A stretch of DNA of 64,000 nt, from assembly GCF_009914755.1 (NCBI RefSeq), contig NC_060936.1; one strand, 5' to 3'. A model generated the notes under the pieces. That model made no database searches and was not told the DNA's origin. It saw only the letters and a list, made by a program, of their open reading frames with translations. Shown piece after piece: positions 61,875 to 64,000 of the stretch. The position numbers were made by a program, and so were the translations under genes. Every line of letters begins with the position of its first letter. The first letter of the stretch is position 1. The stretch comes from the human T2T-CHM13v2.0 reference genome, Homo sapiens.

Positions 61875-62790
61875 GTGTGTGCGCGCGAGGAGCCGATGCA
61901 GCAGGAATTTTCAGCACAGAGAAAAGCAGTTTGGCATCACCACCTTCTGGGTCCCTTATGACAGGAGCACAAGGCTTGTACAATGGTGCTTAAACTCTTG
62001 AGAACAGCAGGATTGGGGGTGGAAGAGGGAAGATTTCTTAGAAGAGGTTAAAATTATGTAGCAGTGAGATGTATCGTTTTTGAAACCATATTACAGATGA
62101 AAAAGTACAGAGAGAAACGCTTAAAATTGCAGCTTTGCCTTCTAATTTTTCCGCTAAATGATATAATCATTGGCTCACATCATTCCAGTGAATTTCTTTT
62201 TTCGGTCATGTCATTTCCTGTCAGTAGAGGAAATGTAGGGAGGACATGTCCTGGCTAAAGATCACTGAGCCTCTTCTGGGGGTTGAAATGCCTTCTGTAC
62301 TGAATTATGTATCTGATTCCATTACTGCCCTCAGCTGAGGTCTCATTTAAGCCGGGTAGCTATTATCGCCGGTCTTACTGATAAGAACATGGAGGCTCCA
62401 CGGGGTTGAATGATTGGTCCAAGGGCAAACACCACACAGGAGAACTGGCCCTAGAATGCCATGTTGGGCCATTTTCTAAAGGTGTCTCATGTGACACACT
62501 GAGTTCTTTAGAGTTAGACATGAGGAAAACCCACTCACTTGAAGGGCTCACAGCCTGAACTCACCACCTGTCTGCTGCCCCCAGTTAGGTCAGGATTGTC
62601 TCACACCCCATACTTTCCTATTTAGGGTCCCTTACTCCTTTTGTTCTTTTTATGACCACAGTTGCATGGCCCGACACCTCATCATGTCAGGGAGATTGTG
62701 TTTTCCTCTTTCTCATCAAGTCACTAGATTAACATCGAAAAGAGATGAGGTAGGGGACAGACTCTGGTTCAGTCCTTGGCCCTGGTTTTA

Positions 62791-63055
<265 letters not shown>

Positions 63056-63227
63056 TGTCATCAGGAAACTACTTGGTACATAACAGCCCCCAAAAATGAC
63101 ACTTGAAAGGAAAAGACATGTAAATATGGCCTTAATTATGTTGTCTACCCATAAACATGTATGAATGCTATTACACGTTGGTATTCCTTAGAAGCTGACA
63201 GAATTAAAGCAAATAGAATGCTTAGAT

Positions 63228-63442
63228 CAGTGGTTCTCAACTTGGAGGAGTTTTGCCTCCCAAGGGACATTGGGCAGTGTCTGGTAACATTTTTGGTTAT
63301 CACTACTGGGGGAGGGGTGCTACTGGTGTCTAGTGGGTAGAGGCCAGGGATGCTGTTCAACATCCTCTAATGCACAGGACAGCCCCCGCAACAAAGAATG
63401 ATCCAGCCAAAACCATCATGGTGCTGCTGTTGAGAAACCTTG
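63228..63442 (+). mobile_element. MER20 hAT element
   Basis: CAGTGGTTCTCAAC...GGGTAGAGGCCAGGGATGCTG...TTGAGAAACCTTG; 8-bp flanks GCTTAGAT/GTTTAGGT. Confidence 0.88.
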
Positions 63443-63764
63443 GTTTAGGTCAAAAGCCAGTAAATTAGCTACTGATTAACTTTGATACATGGCATTAGCA
63501 AACAGGGCTAGGAAGCTCAAAGATCCCAGGCTAGCCGTAAAGCTGGAGCTAGATACACTTTTCCTATTTGGGATTAAGACAGATTATCCCTATTTGAGAT
63601 TAAGGATAAAGGGCAGATTATTTTATGAATCTATATAATACCAAATGAAATAGATTTTTTTCTTTGTAGCATTATGGGGAGTTAACTTTCAAGGTAATCA
63701 AAACCAGGTTTTGTTTACAGAGCCACTGCTAATTTTCATTGACTCGGGCCTTTTTCTCTTGCAG

Positions 63765-63885
63765 TTCTGAATCAGCCAGGGGCCCCCAAAACACAGATTT
63801 TTATGAATGGCGCCTGCTCCCCATCTTTATTGCCAACGCTGTCAGCGCCGATGCCCTTCCCTCTCCCAGTTGTTCCCGACTACAG
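63765..63885 (+). CDS. USP30: USP30 exon 12 (VLNQPGAPKTQIFMNGACSPSLLPTLSAPMPFPLPVVPDY); CDS continues beyond the window
   Basis: Acceptor TTTTTCTCTTGCAG, donor CAG|GTGAGC; 121 nt; no His box or stop reached yet. Confidence 0.94.
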
Positions 63886-64000
63886 GTGAGCCACCCTTTA
63901 CAAGCCCCATCTTAGAGCTACCACTGCTCTTAGCTTCTAAAATTAGCTTTTCACAGAAATGAATTAAGGAAAATATAGATGTTTATTTTTCATTTTAAGG

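Noticed and set aside
61235-61993. 252-aa ORF, the longest in the track, as a standalone gene
   Set aside because: It is USP30 exons 10-11 plus open flanking intron sequence, with no promoter evidence at 61235; the useful parts are reported as findings

Overview
Human (primate) genomic DNA, rich in Alu, L1, LTR and DNA-transposon remnants. It contains the + strand gene USP30 (mitochondrial/peroxisomal membrane-anchored deubiquitinase). I reconstructed coding exons 1-12 (31492-63885, 1289 nt of CDS, all GT-AG with consistent phases). The last exon, with the catalytic His box and stop codon, lies beyond the window. A CpG-island promoter at ~31.2-31.7 kb overlaps the antisense lncRNA USP30-AS1, whose extent is recalled and only partly supported by sequence. 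The 31 kb upstream is mostly repeats but holds a chain of splice-site-bounded non-coding exons (LTR-, Alu- and unique-derived) that can join exon 2 and start at Met32. Introns hold a 5S rRNA pseudogene, a piggyBac MER75B MITE, an L1-processed MER41-like LTR fragment and nested TEs. I see no new multi-gene system. The best leads are RNA-level: a TE-built leader with a 66-aa uORF, a cryptic ~19-bp tandem array in intron 1, a MIR-embedded IRF motif, an Alu-flanked exon 2-3 circle with an overlapping start/stop ORF, and a stop-free in-frame 99-nt intron 10. Almost all ORFs in the supplied track are Alu/L1 artefacts. Repeat subfamily names and boundaries are by eye and approximate.
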